Assembly: GCA_963806225.1 (NCBI GenBank)
Contig: CAWDXG010000004.1
Coordinates: forward strand, 4,832,001 to 4,896,000
Reading direction: 5' to 3'
From: an uncultured delta proteobacterium
GTDB taxonomy: Bacteria > Myxococcota_A > Polyangia > Polyangiales > Polyangiaceae
Length of the DNA: 64,000 nt
Below are positions 38,941 through 48,591 of this stretch, piece after piece; the stretch's first letter is position 1; each line of letters opens with the position of its first letter. The notes beneath the pieces are model-generated. The model was not told the origin of the DNA and did not search any database. It was given only the letters and a program-made list of their open reading frames with translations. A program made the position numbers and the translations under genes.

Positions 38941-40538
38941 GCGAGCCGCTGTCGTTCCGGGGACGCCTTGGCCGGGACCGTATCGCCGCCGCGTCGCTGG
39001 TCCTGCTGGGCGCCGTCCTGTTGCTGCTGACAACCCATCACGGGCCGGGGCTATGCAACGACTCGAGCCGGCTGGCCGCGGCTGACTCGCTGGCGAATCA
39101 CGGCACGTTCGTCATCGATCACTCGTACTTCTCGTACACCTGCGACAAGATCAAGGTCGCGGGGCACTTCTACTCCGACAAGCCTCCGGTCCAGTCGCTG
39201 TATCTGGCGGGGGTGCTGGCGGCGGTGCAACCGCTCACCCACTGGACCGTGGCTCGCGATCTCGGCTCGCTGTACTTCGTGCTCGCGCTCCTGTCGTCGG
39301 GGCTCTCGTTCCTGCTCTGCCTGCTCGGCGTCTACCGGCTGTCGCGCCTGGCCGGGCTCGAGATCGGGTGGTCGATGTTGCTCGCGGCGAGCGCATGCGC
39401 GGCGACGCTGATGCTGCCGTACTCGACGGTCATCAGCAGCCACGCCGTGGGAGCGCCGTTTGTCGTGTGGCTCTTCGTGCTCGTGTACGGCGAGCGCAGG
39501 CGCCCGGGGCATCCGACCGCAGCGCGCGCTCTCGGCATGGGGCTGCTCGCTGGGCTCGGCGCCGTGGTCGAGCCGCTCTCGGTGGCGTTCAGCGCGCCGC
39601 TGCTGATCGCGGCCCTGTCCTATGCGGAGAGTCGCTCCAGGATCGGCTGGGTCGTGCTCGGCGGCCTGTTGCCGCTCGTTCCCCACATCGCGATCACCCA
39701 TCACCTCAGCGGAAGCCTGCTTCTGCCGAACATCGATCCCGCTCACTTCCAGTTCGCCGGCTCGATGCACACCAAGAAGAACCTGAGCGGGGTGGGCTGG
39801 GCGCACCACAGCCTGCACGGCTTTTTCGTGTACGCGTTCCACTCGCTCGTGGGCTACCGCGGAGCCGCGCTCTATAGCCCGCCTGCGGCCCTGGGAGCGC
39901 TGTGCACGGCGGCGCTGGCTTCGGGCGTAGGAGGCAGCGATCGCGACCGGCGCCTGTTCGTGGCTGTGTGCGTGGGAATGCTCGCCTTCTTCGTCCTGAC
40001 TCTCGGATTCAGCAACAACTACTCGGGCTGGTCCTACGGCGTGCGCTGGCAAGCGACGCCCGCGCCGCTCGTTGCTGCGATGACCGGCATCTTCATGGTG
40101 CGCGTGCGCGTGCGCCTGCGGCAGCTGGTTGCTGCGGGACTCGTGACGACCACGGCGATCGGAGCGGTGCTCGCCGGGCTGGGCACGCTGGATCCGTGGA
40201 CGCCCTCCACGAACAAGGAGTTTTCCTTTGTCGAGGTCGTCAGCGACAAGCCCGTCTACATCCAGGCTCTGCTCCGGCAAGCGGCCGTGCTCGCCGCCAT
40301 GAAGCGCTACGCGGCCGCCAGGCACACGGCCGAACAGGTCCTGTGTCGCTCGTCCTCCGTGGACAAGGCGTGGGTGCTCGTCATAGGCACGTCCATGCAG
40401 CTCGGCGACACGGCGCGTCTGCTCGACTACCGCACGCGCCTCGAGAGCGCTGCGCCCGCGCTCCCGCCCCGCTTTCGAGAAGAGGCGGTGGCCAGGATCG
40501 ACGCCTTCCTCGCCCAGCACGGAACGGCAAGCCGCTAG
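38937..40538 (+). CDS. Polytopic membrane protein, GT-C glycosyltransferase-like
   Basis: NDSSR, D....GHFYSDKPP, GWSYGVRW motifs; many TM helices. Confidence 0.6.
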   Translation: MSEPLSFRGRLGRDRIAAASLVLLGAVLLLLTTHHGPGLCNDSSRLAAADSLANHGTFVIDHSYFSYTCDKIKVAGHFYSDKPPVQSLYLAGVLAAVQPLTHWTVARDLGSLYFVLALLSSGLSFLLCLLGVYRLSRLAGLEIGWSMLLAASACAATLMLPYSTVISSHAVGAPFVVWLFVLVYGERRRPGHPTAARALGMGLLAGLGAVVEPLSVAFSAPLLIAALSYAESRSRIGWVVLGGLLPLVPHIAITHHLSGSLLLPNIDPAHFQFAGSMHTKKNLSGVGWAHHSLHGFFVYAFHSLVGYRGAALYSPPAALGALCTAALASGVGGSDRDRRLFVAVCVGMLAFFVLTLGFSNNYSGWSYGVRWQATPAPLVAAMTGIFMVRVRVRLRQLVAAGLVTTTAIGAVLAGLGTLDPWTPSTNKEFSFVEVVSDKPVYIQALLRQAAVLAAMKRYAAARHTAEQVLCRSSSVDKAWVLVIGTSMQLGDTARLLDYRTRLESAAPALPPRFREEAVARIDAFLAQHGTASR

Positions 40539-40548
40539 ACTCCGGCGA

Positions 40549-40905
40549 TCACGTTCCGTAGCAGCACTCGTCGGGTCGCCGCGCGCTGCAGCTCTCGCTG
40601 GACTTCACGCGCCACACGTGCCGGAAGCAGCGGCTGGTGCAGCTCTGCACGCTCATGCCGCAGGAGCTGAAGTCATAGCTGTCGCACGCGCTGCCGTTCG
40701 AAGGCGAGTCGTCGGGGCCCTCGCAGCAGCTCGCCGGCAGGCAGCTCCGGCAGGAGCACAGGCGCGTGTCGGTGATACTCGCGCCCGGCTTGGGCGGGAC
40801 GGGGAGCCAGCGCCGTCCGCCGCCCAGCCGGGGCTGGCCGCCGGCCTGCGTGGCCCCGCTCGAGCAGGCGACCAGACCCAGGGCGAATAGCACTGCGACG
40901 CGCAT
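40549..40905 (-). CDS. Small Cys-rich lipoprotein
   Basis: Lipobox LVAC; many Cys residues. Confidence 0.6.
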   Translation of the reverse strand: MRVAVLFALGLVACSSGATQAGGQPRLGGGRRWLPVPPKPGASITDTRLCSCRSCLPASCCEGPDDSPSNGSACDSYDFSSCGMSVQSCTSRCFRHVWRVKSSESCSARRPDECCYGT

Positions 40906-41117
40906 CGCTCTGACCGACACCTCTCCGCTACGTGTTCTTTGCCCGCGCCGGCGCGGGGGCTTGATGCGGTTCTGTTCAGTGAGCGGCATCAGTTGCGGAA
41001 TGCCCCTGCGCTAGGGTCGGCCGGACGCTGCTCGTCATGGTCGAGACGCAGAACGCGGACGCATTGACCATGGACGCTGACGCTCCCAGGGCGGCATCAT
41101 CAGCGCGGGAGGTCTGG

Positions 41118-41579
41118 ATGGGCGTTGGGAAGGCCGTGGTTTCGTTTCTGGTATTGGCTGGGGCTTCCGTTGCCGGGCTCGGGTGCAGCAGCTCTGGACG
41201 CACGGCGTCCGGCGGTGCCGGCACGCTGTATAGCGCGACGTGCGAACAGGCCTGCGACAAGACCATCGCGTGCGGCGATACGACTTCCACGCGCGACGCC
41301 TGCGTGACGGACTGCAGGACGGAGCCGTGGGCCGGCAACTACCGACAATGCAAGGCCGGCACCTGCGGGCTCACGGACGCCCAGTGCGAGAAGTTCGGCG
41401 TCAAGACGTGCGTGGACGCGTGCCAGAAGAAGGTGAGCTGTGGCTCTGTCCCCCAGAGCGGCTACGACCAGTGCGTGGCTGACTGCAAGACGGAGCCTTG
41501 GCCCGGCAACTACATCGATTGCGAGGCCACCGTGTGCGGCGCCACCGACGCCCAGTGCGAGTCGTTCACGGGCAACTGA
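41118..41579 (+). CDS. Cys-rich lipoprotein with duplicated domain
   Basis: Lipobox GLGC; two TC..AC.K...CG...CV.DC.TEPW.GNY..C....CG.TDAQCE.F units. Confidence 0.7.
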   Translation: MGVGKAVVSFLVLAGASVAGLGCSSSGRTASGGAGTLYSATCEQACDKTIACGDTTSTRDACVTDCRTEPWAGNYRQCKAGTCGLTDAQCEKFGVKTCVDACQKKVSCGSVPQSGYDQCVADCKTEPWPGNYIDCEATVCGATDAQCESFTGN

Positions 41580-41649
41580 TGAACGTGGCCGTGGAGGCAC
41601 ACCGGTGAAGCTCAGAGCTGTGTCCGAGCCTGTCGAAGGCGCTGCTGCG

Positions 41650-42456
41650 TCAGCCTAGCAGCCACCCGAACAAGAGCCGCTTCGACGTATCCCGCGCGAC
41701 GTGCTGGATCGAGTCGACGAGCGGGATCTTCACCGGGCAGACCTCGACGCAGTTCTGCGCCTTGCCGCAGTCGGCGACGCCGCCGGGGCCCATCACGGCT
41801 TCGAGGCGCTGGGTCTTCTGCAGCTTGCCGGTCGGGTGCGAATTGAAGAGCCGGACCTGGTTCAGCGCGGCGGCGCCGACGAACTCGCTCTGCTCGCCGT
41901 ACTGCGGGCATGCCTCGAGACAGCAGCCGCAGGTCATGCAGCGGCTGAGCGGGTAGATGGCTTCCTGGTCTTCCTGCGACTGGCGCGGACCCGAACCGAG
42001 CGCGTGCGTGCCGTCGATCTCGATCCATGCCTTGACGCGCTTGAGCGACTCGAACATGCGCGAGCGATCGACGACCAGATCGCGTATCAGCGGGAACTTC
42101 TTCATTGGCTCGAGCACGATGGTCTGGCCTCTGGGCGCGATCACGTCGACCAGCGCGCTGCAGCTCTGCCGCACGCGCCCGTTGATGACCATGGTGCAGG
42201 CGCCGCACACTTCCTCGAGGCAGCTCGACTCCCAGACCACCGGCGCGACTTCCCTGCCGTCGACGGTCACGGGGTTCTTCTGGATCTGCATCAGCGCGCT
42301 GATGACGTTCATGCGCGGCAGGTAGTCGACCTCGAACTCCTCCCAGCGGCGCGTGCGCGGCTTGTCGGGGGCGTCCTGGCGGCGGATCTTCAGGCGCACC
42401 TTGCGGCCGCTTGCTGCCGGCGCGCTCTTTTCGGTGCTCTTGTCGTCGTCGGCCAT
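41650..42456 (-). CDS. sdhB: Succinate dehydrogenase iron-sulfur subunit
   Basis: SCLEEVCGAC, CMTCGCCLEACP, CGKAQNCVEVCP. Confidence 0.95.
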   Translation of the reverse strand: MADDDKSTEKSAPAASGRKVRLKIRRQDAPDKPRTRRWEEFEVDYLPRMNVISALMQIQKNPVTVDGREVAPVVWESSCLEEVCGACTMVINGRVRQSCSALVDVIAPRGQTIVLEPMKKFPLIRDLVVDRSRMFESLKRVKAWIEIDGTHALGSGPRQSQEDQEAIYPLSRCMTCGCCLEACPQYGEQSEFVGAAALNQVRLFNSHPTGKLQKTQRLEAVMGPGGVADCGKAQNCVEVCPVKIPLVDSIQHVARDTSKRLLFGWLLG

Positions 42457-42458
42457 GG

Positions 42459-44468
42459 TCAGTCCGCCTTCTTCGCCGCTTCGGCGCTGGCCGCGCCTGC
42501 CTGCTCGTAGCGGCGCGGGCGCGGCTTGACGAGGCTCGTGTCGACCGCGTCGGTCACGTGCGCGGGCTTGCCGGCGCACTCGTAGTCGAACTCGCGGATG
42601 TACTTCACCTCGCCGCGCTCTTCGTGCACGGCCAGCGTGGTGCGCAGCCAGTTCTCGTCGTCGCGGCCCTGCTCTTCCAGTTCGGGCTTGAAGTGCGCGC
42701 CGCGGCACTCGTCGCGGTTCAGCGCGCCCTGGGCGATGACCCGTGCCAGGACCAGCATGTTGCCGAGGTGGCGGAGGAACTGCGCGCTCTGGTTCATGCG
42801 CAGCGACTGGTCGCTGAGCTTCGAGCGCCCGAGCCGCTCGTCGAGTTCGTCGAGCTTGCCGAGCACCTCGACCAGCCGTTCGTTGTGCCGCTCGATGGTG
42901 CAGTCGCGCAGCATGGTTTCGCCCAGCTCCTGGTGCAGCCGGAAGGGATTTTCCGGGTTCTTCGCGTCCTGGTTCTGCGAGAGCAGTGCGTCGAACTTCT
43001 CCTGCTCGGCGGCCTCGGCCTTCTCGAAGACGGAGCCCGGCAGGTCGAAGGCGCTGCGCGCCAGCGCTTCGCGATAGCTGGCGATGGCGGGGCCGGCGAT
43101 GCTGCCGCCGTACAGGCAGCTGAGGAGCGAGTTGGCGCCGAGGCGGTTGGCGCCGTGGTACTGGTAGTCGACCTCGCCTACCGCATAGAGCCCGGGGATG
43201 TTCGTGGCCTGGTTGCGTGGCGAGCCGACGACGATGTTGCCCTGGCTGTCGGCCTCGTAGTCGACCCACAGCCCGCCCATGCTGTAGTGCACTGCGGGAA
43301 ACACGCGCATCGGCTGCGTGTACGGGTCCTCGCCCACGAATTTCTCGTAGATCTCGAGGATGCCGGAGAGCTTCTTCTGAAGCGTGCCACGGTCCAGATG
43401 CGTGAGATCGAGGTACACTTCGCGATCGTTCTGCCCTGTTTCCGCGTTGAAGATGCCGCGGCCCTCGTGGAAAGCGACCTGGAACAGCGCGCGCGAGGCG
43501 ATGTCGCGCGGCACCAGGTTGCCGTAGCCCGGGTACATGCGCTCGAGGAAGTAGTCGCGCTCCTTCTCGGGGATGCTGGTCGGACGGCGCTTGTCCTTCG
43601 CGTCCTTCGGCACCCACACGCGGCCGCCCTCGCCGCGCGCGCTCTCGCTGATGAGCCGGAGCTTGTCGGCGCCGGGGATGGCCGTGGGGTGCACCTGGAC
43701 GAACTCGCCGTTCGCGTAGATGGCGCCCTGCTGGTAGACCGCCGAGGCCGCGGTGCCGGTACAGATGACGCTGTTCGTCGAGCGGCCGAACACCAGTCCC
43801 GATCCGCCCGTCGCCAGGCACACCGCGTCGCCGGCGTAGGCCTTGATGCGCATCGTGCGGAGATCCTGCGCGACGATGCCGACGGCGACGCCGTTGTCGT
43901 CGCGCACCACGCCGAGGAAGTCCCACAGCTCGAGCTTGTGCACCATCTTCTCGCCGGGGACGCCCACGCCCTTTTCGTCGACGACATCGGCTGTCTCGAA
44001 GCGGCGCACCTGCTCGTCGAGCGCGTACAAGAGCTGCTGGCCGGTGGTGGCGCCGGCGAACGCCGTGCGGTGGAAGAGCGAGCCGCCGAAGCGGCGGAAA
44101 TCGAGCAGGCCCTCCGGCGTGCGGTTGAACGCGACGCCCATGCGGTCGAGCAGCTCGACGATGCCCGGCGCGGCGTCGGCCATGCCCTTGACCAGCGGCT
44201 GGTTGGCGAGGAAGTCGCCTCCGTACACCGTCTCTTCTAGATGGATACGCGGGCTGTCGCCTTCACCCTTCGTGTTCACGCTGGCGTTGATGCCGCCCTG
44301 CGCGCACACCGAATGCGAGCGCTTGACCGGCACCAGGCTCACCAGCAGCACGGGCACGTTCGCCTCGCACAGCTTGATGACCGTCATCAGGCCGGCCAGG
44401 CCGCCGCCGACGACGATCACGCGGCGCACGCGCCCGCGCTCGCTCCGGACCGCGTCAGTGCGCGCCAT
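42459..44468 (-). CDS. sdhA: Succinate dehydrogenase flavoprotein subunit
   Basis: GGGLAG, RSHSVCAQGGIN, HPT, HYSMGG, HGANRLGANSL. Confidence 0.96.
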   Translation of the reverse strand: MARTDAVRSERGRVRRVIVVGGGLAGLMTVIKLCEANVPVLLVSLVPVKRSHSVCAQGGINASVNTKGEGDSPRIHLEETVYGGDFLANQPLVKGMADAAPGIVELLDRMGVAFNRTPEGLLDFRRFGGSLFHRTAFAGATTGQQLLYALDEQVRRFETADVVDEKGVGVPGEKMVHKLELWDFLGVVRDDNGVAVGIVAQDLRTMRIKAYAGDAVCLATGGSGLVFGRSTNSVICTGTAASAVYQQGAIYANGEFVQVHPTAIPGADKLRLISESARGEGGRVWVPKDAKDKRRPTSIPEKERDYFLERMYPGYGNLVPRDIASRALFQVAFHEGRGIFNAETGQNDREVYLDLTHLDRGTLQKKLSGILEIYEKFVGEDPYTQPMRVFPAVHYSMGGLWVDYEADSQGNIVVGSPRNQATNIPGLYAVGEVDYQYHGANRLGANSLLSCLYGGSIAGPAIASYREALARSAFDLPGSVFEKAEAAEQEKFDALLSQNQDAKNPENPFRLHQELGETMLRDCTIERHNERLVEVLGKLDELDERLGRSKLSDQSLRMNQSAQFLRHLGNMLVLARVIAQGALNRDECRGAHFKPELEEQGRDDENWLRTTLAVHEERGEVKYIREFDYECAGKPAHVTDAVDTSLVKPRPRRYEQAGAASAEAAKKAD

Positions 44469-45267
44469 GGGTCCTTTCCGGCGGCAGCGAGGCCAGGGGC
44501 GGGCTGTCGTCGGTCGCCGAAGCGGCCTTGTCGCCCACGTCGCGGCAGCTGACCGCCGGCTGCTGCCCCGCGCTGTCGGTCGACAGCACCAGCCGCGAGC
44601 CGGTGGCGAAGTAGATCACGGTGTTCGCCGAGATCACGAACAGCACGATGCCGGCGATGCCGAACAGCGCGGAGGCGATACGGGTGGCGCGCCGCGAGAC
44701 GGTGATCCCCCAGGAAAAGCAGAAGCCGTACAGCCCGTTCGCGAAGTGGAACACCGTCGCGGCGATGCCGACCAGGTACAGAAGGGCGACGACCGGGATA
44801 CCCGCGTGCGTGCTCGACAGCGACGAGCACAGGGTCGGGAAGAAATCGGCCTTTTCCATGTGGCCGAGCGCCACCTGGATGCGGAACTGCCACACGTGCC
44901 AGGCGATGAACGCGAAGGCGACCAGTCCGCTCGCGCGCTGCAGCGTGTACATCCAGTTACGCGAGTACGGATAGCGGCGCACGTTGGGGCGCGCTTCGAA
45001 CGCGAGCGTGATGCCGTACAGCGCGTGGAAGAGCAGAGGGATGTAGATGCCGAGGATCTCGAGCGCGAGCAGGTAGGGCAGGTGCGCGATCTCGGTGACT
45101 GCTTGGTCGTAGACCACCTGGCCCTGGAGCGCCCGGGCGTTGGTCCACAGGTGGAAGACCAGGTAGAGTCCCACCGGCACCACCCCCGACAGCGAGTGCA
45201 GCTTGCGCATCACGAACGCGCGCCGTTCCCTCGCAGAAAGCACCGCCGTGGACGGTCGGTTGGACAA
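44455..45267 (-). CDS. sdhC: Succinate dehydrogenase cytochrome b558 subunit
   Basis: KLHSLSGVVP.G..L..H, FHALYG, QRASG, FHFANGL. Confidence 0.92.
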   Translation of the reverse strand: MSNRPSTAVLSARERRAFVMRKLHSLSGVVPVGLYLVFHLWTNARALQGQVVYDQAVTEIAHLPYLLALEILGIYIPLLFHALYGITLAFEARPNVRRYPYSRNWMYTLQRASGLVAFAFIAWHVWQFRIQVALGHMEKADFFPTLCSSLSSTHAGIPVVALLYLVGIAATVFHFANGLYGFCFSWGITVSRRATRIASALFGIAGIVLFVISANTVIYFATGSRLVLSTDSAGQQPAVSCRDVGDKAASATDDSPPLASLPPERTHGAH

Positions 45268-45426
45268 GCGTGAAACCCTCGCGGGACAGTGGAGGCAGTG
45301 CCTCGCAGTTGCCGGAATCCCCCGGCGGGGTGGAAGATGTCCGGGCCCGGCCCGGAACCTGGCGCGTGCGTGCCCGCGTCCGGGTGCTAGGGGAACCAGG
45401 CCGTTCCGTCAAGCCGAGCCGACCGC

Positions 45427-47292
45427 ATGAAGAGTCGCAATGCATTGATTATGCTGGTGTTTTCTGGACTGCTCGGCAGCTGTGGCGGACGCCGATCGGA
45501 CGGGCCGCAGCCGGAAGCGGCACTCGCCGACTCGAAGGCGGCGCAGCAGGACTTCCGCGCGCTCAGCCAGCGCTGGATGGCGGCTGGGCCCACGCCTGCG
45601 CGCGCCAAGCTGGCCGGGCCGCTCGGCGCGTTCCTCCAGCGCTACCCGGACGACCCGCGCACGGCGCTCGTCCGCATCTACCTCGCGTGGATCGAGATCC
45701 AGCGGGGCCGGCTCGCCCAGGCGCAGAAGCTGGTGGCGCCCATCCGGCAGGGCGCCGCTGGCAGCGCGCACGACTTCGCCGTGGTGACCGACGCGGCGAT
45801 CCTGATCCGGCAGGGCCGGGCCGGAGAGGCGCTGTCGCTGCTGCGCCCGCTGGACGGCAAGATCATCGATGCCGACCAGCGCATGATCTACGGCGAGCAA
45901 CTCGTGCTCGCGGCCATCGGCGCCAAGCGCTGGCGCAGCACGGTCTCGTACATGCTCGATTGGCTCGTGCAGGCGCCGCCGGAGGATCGCGAAGCCGTCC
46001 AGGCCGACGTCGATCATCTGCTCGACAGGGTTCCCACCCGCGCGCTCGAAGGCAGCCTGGTGGATCTCGATCGCGAAGCCAAGCAGGTGGGGGCGGAGGC
46101 GTCGCGGTCACCGGCCCGCAACTGGCTGCGCAAGACGCTGCGCGGGCGGCTCACGCGCCTGGCGCTGGCCAAACGCGATGCAGCGCTGGCCAAGCGCCTG
46201 CTGGAGCTCGGTCCGTCCGCGCTGCGCGTGGGAGAGCGTGGCGAGAAGCTGTCCGAGCTGGCGGCGAGCGGCGACGTGCGGCCGCGTGTGTCCGGGCGCT
46301 CGGTGGGACTGGTGCTCAGCCTGGGGAGTGCGGACGCGAGGCGCCGCTCCGCCGCGGTCGCGTTGGGCATGTCGCGCGCGCTGGGTCTGCCGGAGCGGGG
46401 CCGCGAGCCCGGCGCCGTCCAGCTCCTGACCCGCGACGACGGTGGCAGTGCGGATGGCACCGCGCACGCGCTCGCCGAGCTGGCGGGTGACGGCGCCGTG
46501 ATCCTCGTGGCCGGGGTCGACGACGCGGGGGCCAAGGCGGCGGCCCACTACGCCGAGTCCGCGTCGATTCCGCTGATCCTGCTCCGTCAGCCGCACGGGC
46601 TCGTGCCCGGCGGCTTTAGCTTCGTGCTCGGCGCAGAGCCGGGCGTCGACGAACGTCTGGTGACCGAGGAGCTGCGCCGCCGTGGCGCCACTTCGCCCGC
46701 GCTGGTCGGCCCCGGCGGCGTCGCATGCGACAGCCAACCGCCGGCTGCGGGCATGCCGCGCTTCCCGGTCCAGCGCTGGCATCGTGACCACATCGACGCG
46801 CTCGCGCTGCTCGGTGACGCGACCTGCGCGCGCGACGCGATCCGCGAGCTCTCGCACATCGGCGATCGACCGGAGCTCGGCTTCGGGCTGGAAAGCGCCG
46901 AGATGATCAGCGAGTCGAGCGCGAAGCAGCCCGCTTTCGCGGTCTCGGCGGGCAGCTTCCCCTATCGCGGTGGAGCCCAGGCGCCGGATGAGATGAAGCG
47001 CTGGGTCGATCGCTACAGCGCGCCCCCAGGCTGGTACGACGCGTTGGGGCACGACGCCGCAAAGCTGGTCTCGACCGCTCTGTCCGGGTTTCCACTGCAG
47101 CGGGTCGATGATCCGGGCACCGTGAAGAAGCTGCATCGGCGCGCCCTGGACGAGCTCTCCGGCGCCAGCGCTGCTCTCTGGTCGAGCGCCAAGCGCGGCT
47201 TCTCCGGATCGCACCTGATGGAGCGCAGCTTCACGGTGGTGTCGGGCCCGGGTGGGGCCAGCTCCGGCAAGGCGCGCGGAAGCGGGCGATGA
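45427..47292 (+). CDS. Lipoprotein with TPR-like N-terminus and periplasmic-binding-protein (LppC/LpoA-like) domain
   Basis: Lipobox LGSC; VGLVL, RDDG, ALGHDAAKL. Confidence 0.6.
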   Translation: MKSRNALIMLVFSGLLGSCGGRRSDGPQPEAALADSKAAQQDFRALSQRWMAAGPTPARAKLAGPLGAFLQRYPDDPRTALVRIYLAWIEIQRGRLAQAQKLVAPIRQGAAGSAHDFAVVTDAAILIRQGRAGEALSLLRPLDGKIIDADQRMIYGEQLVLAAIGAKRWRSTVSYMLDWLVQAPPEDREAVQADVDHLLDRVPTRALEGSLVDLDREAKQVGAEASRSPARNWLRKTLRGRLTRLALAKRDAALAKRLLELGPSALRVGERGEKLSELAASGDVRPRVSGRSVGLVLSLGSADARRRSAAVALGMSRALGLPERGREPGAVQLLTRDDGGSADGTAHALAELAGDGAVILVAGVDDAGAKAAAHYAESASIPLILLRQPHGLVPGGFSFVLGAEPGVDERLVTEELRRRGATSPALVGPGGVACDSQPPAAGMPRFPVQRWHRDHIDALALLGDATCARDAIRELSHIGDRPELGFGLESAEMISESSAKQPAFAVSAGSFPYRGGAQAPDEMKRWVDRYSAPPGWYDALGHDAAKLVSTALSGFPLQRVDDPGTVKKLHRRALDELSGASAALWSSAKRGFSGSHLMERSFTVVSGPGGASSGKARGSGR

Positions 47293-47750
47293 GCGAGACG
47301 CTGGACGTTCCGTTGCCGACGCGCCGGTCGACCACAGAGCTCGCGCGGCGTCTCGCGGGCCAGGTCACCACCGGGGATCTGGTGTTGTTCGGGGGCCCAC
47401 TCGGCGCGGGCAAGACCTTCCTGATCCGCGCGCTGTGCCGCGGTCTGGGACTGCCGGCGAGGGTGCGGGTCACGAGCCCGACGTTCTCGCTGGTTCACGA
47501 GTACGACACCACGCCCCCTGTGGTGCACGCGGACGTGTACCGCCTCGACAGCGGCCGGGACGTGCGCGGGCTTGGCCTCCGCGACCAGCGAGACGAGGGG
47601 CGGCTGGTGCTGGTGGAGTGGGGCGAGCCGTATCTGGAGCTCCTCGGCGGAGACGCGCTGATCGTGCGGCTTTCGCTCGACCCGCGGCAGGCGCAGCTTC
47701 GCTCCACCGGCCCGCGTTCCGAGGAGATACTGTGCGGCCTTCGCGGGTGA
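47289..47750 (+). CDS. tsaE: tRNA threonylcarbamoyladenosine biosynthesis ATPase
   Basis: GPLGAGKT, VTSPTFSLVHEY, HADVYRL, VEWGE. Confidence 0.95.
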   Translation: MSETLDVPLPTRRSTTELARRLAGQVTTGDLVLFGGPLGAGKTFLIRALCRGLGLPARVRVTSPTFSLVHEYDTTPPVVHADVYRLDSGRDVRGLGLRDQRDEGRLVLVEWGEPYLELLGGDALIVRLSLDPRQAQLRSTGPRSEEILCGLRG

Positions 47751-47764
47751 TAGAACCGGGACCG

Positions 47765-48574
47765 GTGGCAACCGCAGACGACATAGCCGAAGCGAGCGGG
47801 CCGGGGCTCATGGCCCGCGCGCTGCAGCCCGTCGCGGATGTCTTCGAGAGCCTCGGCACACAGCTCATCCTCAGCCTGCAGGCGCTGGCCTGGATGATCC
47901 GTCCGCCGTACCGGTTGTCGCAGCTGTTCGCGGCGATGGATTTCATCGGCGTGCAGTCGGTGTTCATCGTCTCGCTCACCGGCGTGTTCAGCGGCATGGT
48001 GCTCGCGCTGCAGACGGTCAACAGCCTGCGCACCTTCGGTGCCGAGGGCGTCGTGGGCTCGGTCGTCGCTATCTCGCTCACGCGCGAGATCAGCCCCGTG
48101 TTTGCCGCCTTGATGGTGACGGCTCGCGCCGGCAGCGCGATGGCCGCGGAGCTCGGCAACATGCGCGTCACCGAGCAGATCGACGCGCTGGTCACCATGG
48201 GCGTGAGCCCCGTGCAGTACCTGCTCTCGCCGCGCGTGCTCGCTTCGGTGTTGGTGGTGCCGCTGCTCTGCATCCTGTACAGCTGCGTCGGCATATCGGG
48301 CGCGTGGCTTGTCGCCGTGCGCGGCCTGGGCGTGGACCCGGGCATCTTCGTCGCCAACATCGAGCACTACATGGTGCCGCACGATTTCTACATGGGGGAG
48401 ATCAAGTCTGCCGTGTTCGGCTTCCTGATCGCGAATATCTCCTGCCGCCAGGGCTTCTTCGCGTCCGGCGGCGCCCGCGGCGTCGGCCAGGCAACCACCC
48501 GCGCCGTCGTGCAGAGCGCCGTCGCGATCCTGATCGCGAACTACATCATCACCAGCTTGATGACGAACCTGTAG
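47765..48574 (+). CDS. mlaE: MlaE-family ABC permease
   Basis: REISPVFAAL..TARAGSAMAAELG.MRVTEQIDAL, VGQATTRAVV. Start may be 47810. Confidence 0.92.
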   Translation: MATADDIAEASGPGLMARALQPVADVFESLGTQLILSLQALAWMIRPPYRLSQLFAAMDFIGVQSVFIVSLTGVFSGMVLALQTVNSLRTFGAEGVVGSVVAISLTREISPVFAALMVTARAGSAMAAELGNMRVTEQIDALVTMGVSPVQYLLSPRVLASVLVVPLLCILYSCVGISGAWLVAVRGLGVDPGIFVANIEHYMVPHDFYMGEIKSAVFGFLIANISCRQGFFASGGARGVGQATTRAVVQSAVAILIANYIITSLMTNL

Positions 48575-48591
48575 CTCGGAGCTTCGCCGCG

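Noticed and set aside
41650..43926. 758-aa extended SdhB
   Set aside because: The extension is an alternative frame of sdhA; sdhB starts at 42456.
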